IMG/VR virus record: IMGVR_UViG_638154508_000001
Span: 1-45,449 of that record
Reading direction: 5' to 3' (one strand)
Length of the DNA stretch: 45,449 bases
Source of the DNA: a virus
The position numbers and the translations under genes are program-made. Positions within the stretch are counted from its first letter, which is position 1. The number at the start of each line of letters is the position of its first letter. The notes beneath the pieces were generated by a model that did no database searches, was not told the origin of the DNA, and saw only the letters and a program-made list of their open reading frames with translations. Shown one piece after another: positions 44,805 through 45,449 of this stretch.

Positions 44805-45449
44805 TTGAGTGAGTTCTCTATTAGTGGACATGGGTTGAAAAATATGACAGAGATATTGATGGAACTGAAAGGTGTAAACGGTCAACTTGAACTTTACGGA
44901 GATAAAATAATTATCAAAAGGAAGGGCATTCGTTCGAAATTAACACAGGGATTCTTTAAAGGAGACAAAACGATTTATATAAAACAAATTGCAGGAATAG
45001 AGTTAAAGGAAGGGGGCCTGATCAATGGCTACATACAGTTTACTTTGTCCGGAGGCGTTGAAAGTAGGCGCGGCCTACTGGGTAAAGATGGCGCTGTTAA
45101 CGATGAAAACACTGTAATGTTTGCTAAGAAGGATAATGAACTTGCCAAGAGAATGAAATTAGAGATCGAGAATAGAATGACAAGTTTTTCACAGCCAATT
45201 ACCGTCGCAGTTCAAACCGATGGGGCAGACACAATAAGAAAATATAAACAACTGTGTGACGATGGTATAATTACTCAAGAAGAATTCGAATTGAAGAAAA
45301 AAGAAATACTGGGTATAAAACTCGAAGCACCCAGGGAAAAAACAGCTGTCGGAACAACAGGCACTACTCAAACGAAAAAAGAAAACGGTTGGATGACTGA
45401 AGAACAGAGAAGGGACTTTGAGGCACGATTCAATATCAGCAAAAACTAA
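44805..45449 (+). CDS. DUF4429/bPH-like domain plus SHOCT domain protein
   Basis: LKGVNGQLELYGDKIIIKR...GYIQF...DENTVMF; ADTIRKYKQLCDDGIITQEEFELKKKEILG (SHOCT). Confidence 0.85.
   Translation: MSEFSISGHGLKNMTEILMELKGVNGQLELYGDKIIIKRKGIRSKLTQGFFKGDKTIYIKQIAGIELKEGGLINGYIQFTLSGGVESRRGLLGKDGAVNDENTVMFAKKDNELAKRMKLEIENRMTSFSQPITVAVQTDGADTIRKYKQLCDDGIITQEEFELKKKEILGIKLEAPREKTAVGTTGTTQTKKENGWMTEEQRRDFEARFNISKN

Larger units (their letters stand above)
1..45449. mobile_element. Integrated provirus of a tailed (siphovirus-like) archaeal virus with flanking cargo; the right boundary is uncertain (about 38940 to 45449)
   Basis: Integrase at one end, a collinear tail-head-packaging module, MCM, an early region and a repressor switch. 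No att repeat is visible inside the window. Confidence 0.9.

Noticed and set aside
38940-45449. attR / tRNA integration site
   Set aside because: No host tRNA 3' end or repeat matching the left end was found. attL probably lies upstream of position 1, so the boundary cannot be set.

Overview
This window is a largely complete but decaying provirus of a tailed archaeal virus (siphovirus-like). The host is most likely a Methanosarcina-type methanogen, inferred from the MCM helicase, DUF2341 and NHL/PKD surface domains, IS1634/IS1182 elements and GGTGA/GAGGT ribosome-binding sites. Layout: a tyrosine integrase (1-1173, +); a long minus-strand late region (tail, tape measure, tail chaperones with a -1 slippery site, head-tail, encapsulin-like HK97 capsid, protease/scaffold, MuF, portal, TerL, TerS); MCM with a palindrome-rich candidate origin; an early region of small genes containing a tRNA-Gln(UUG) and two tRNA-like elements; a divergent AbrB/RHH switch; and AT-rich cargo (HsdR-N nuclease-like protein, small membrane paralogs, NHL-PKD surface protein, SHOCT protein). 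Four IS elements are resolved with exact ends and target duplications, one nested in another. Removing them restores a 792-aa tail gene, a 478-aa transposase and most of a ~403-aa membrane moron. Other lesions are an in-frame TAA in the tail chaperone, a frameshift in the protease/scaffold and an atypical TerL Walker A. The most interesting candidates are the tRNA/tRNA-mimic array, a MuF-JAB toxin-like fusion with a Cys-rich partner, a palindromic operator before three late operons, and a Cys4 micro-domain present three times. All family assignments come from motif recognition by eye, with no database searches; att sites were not found.
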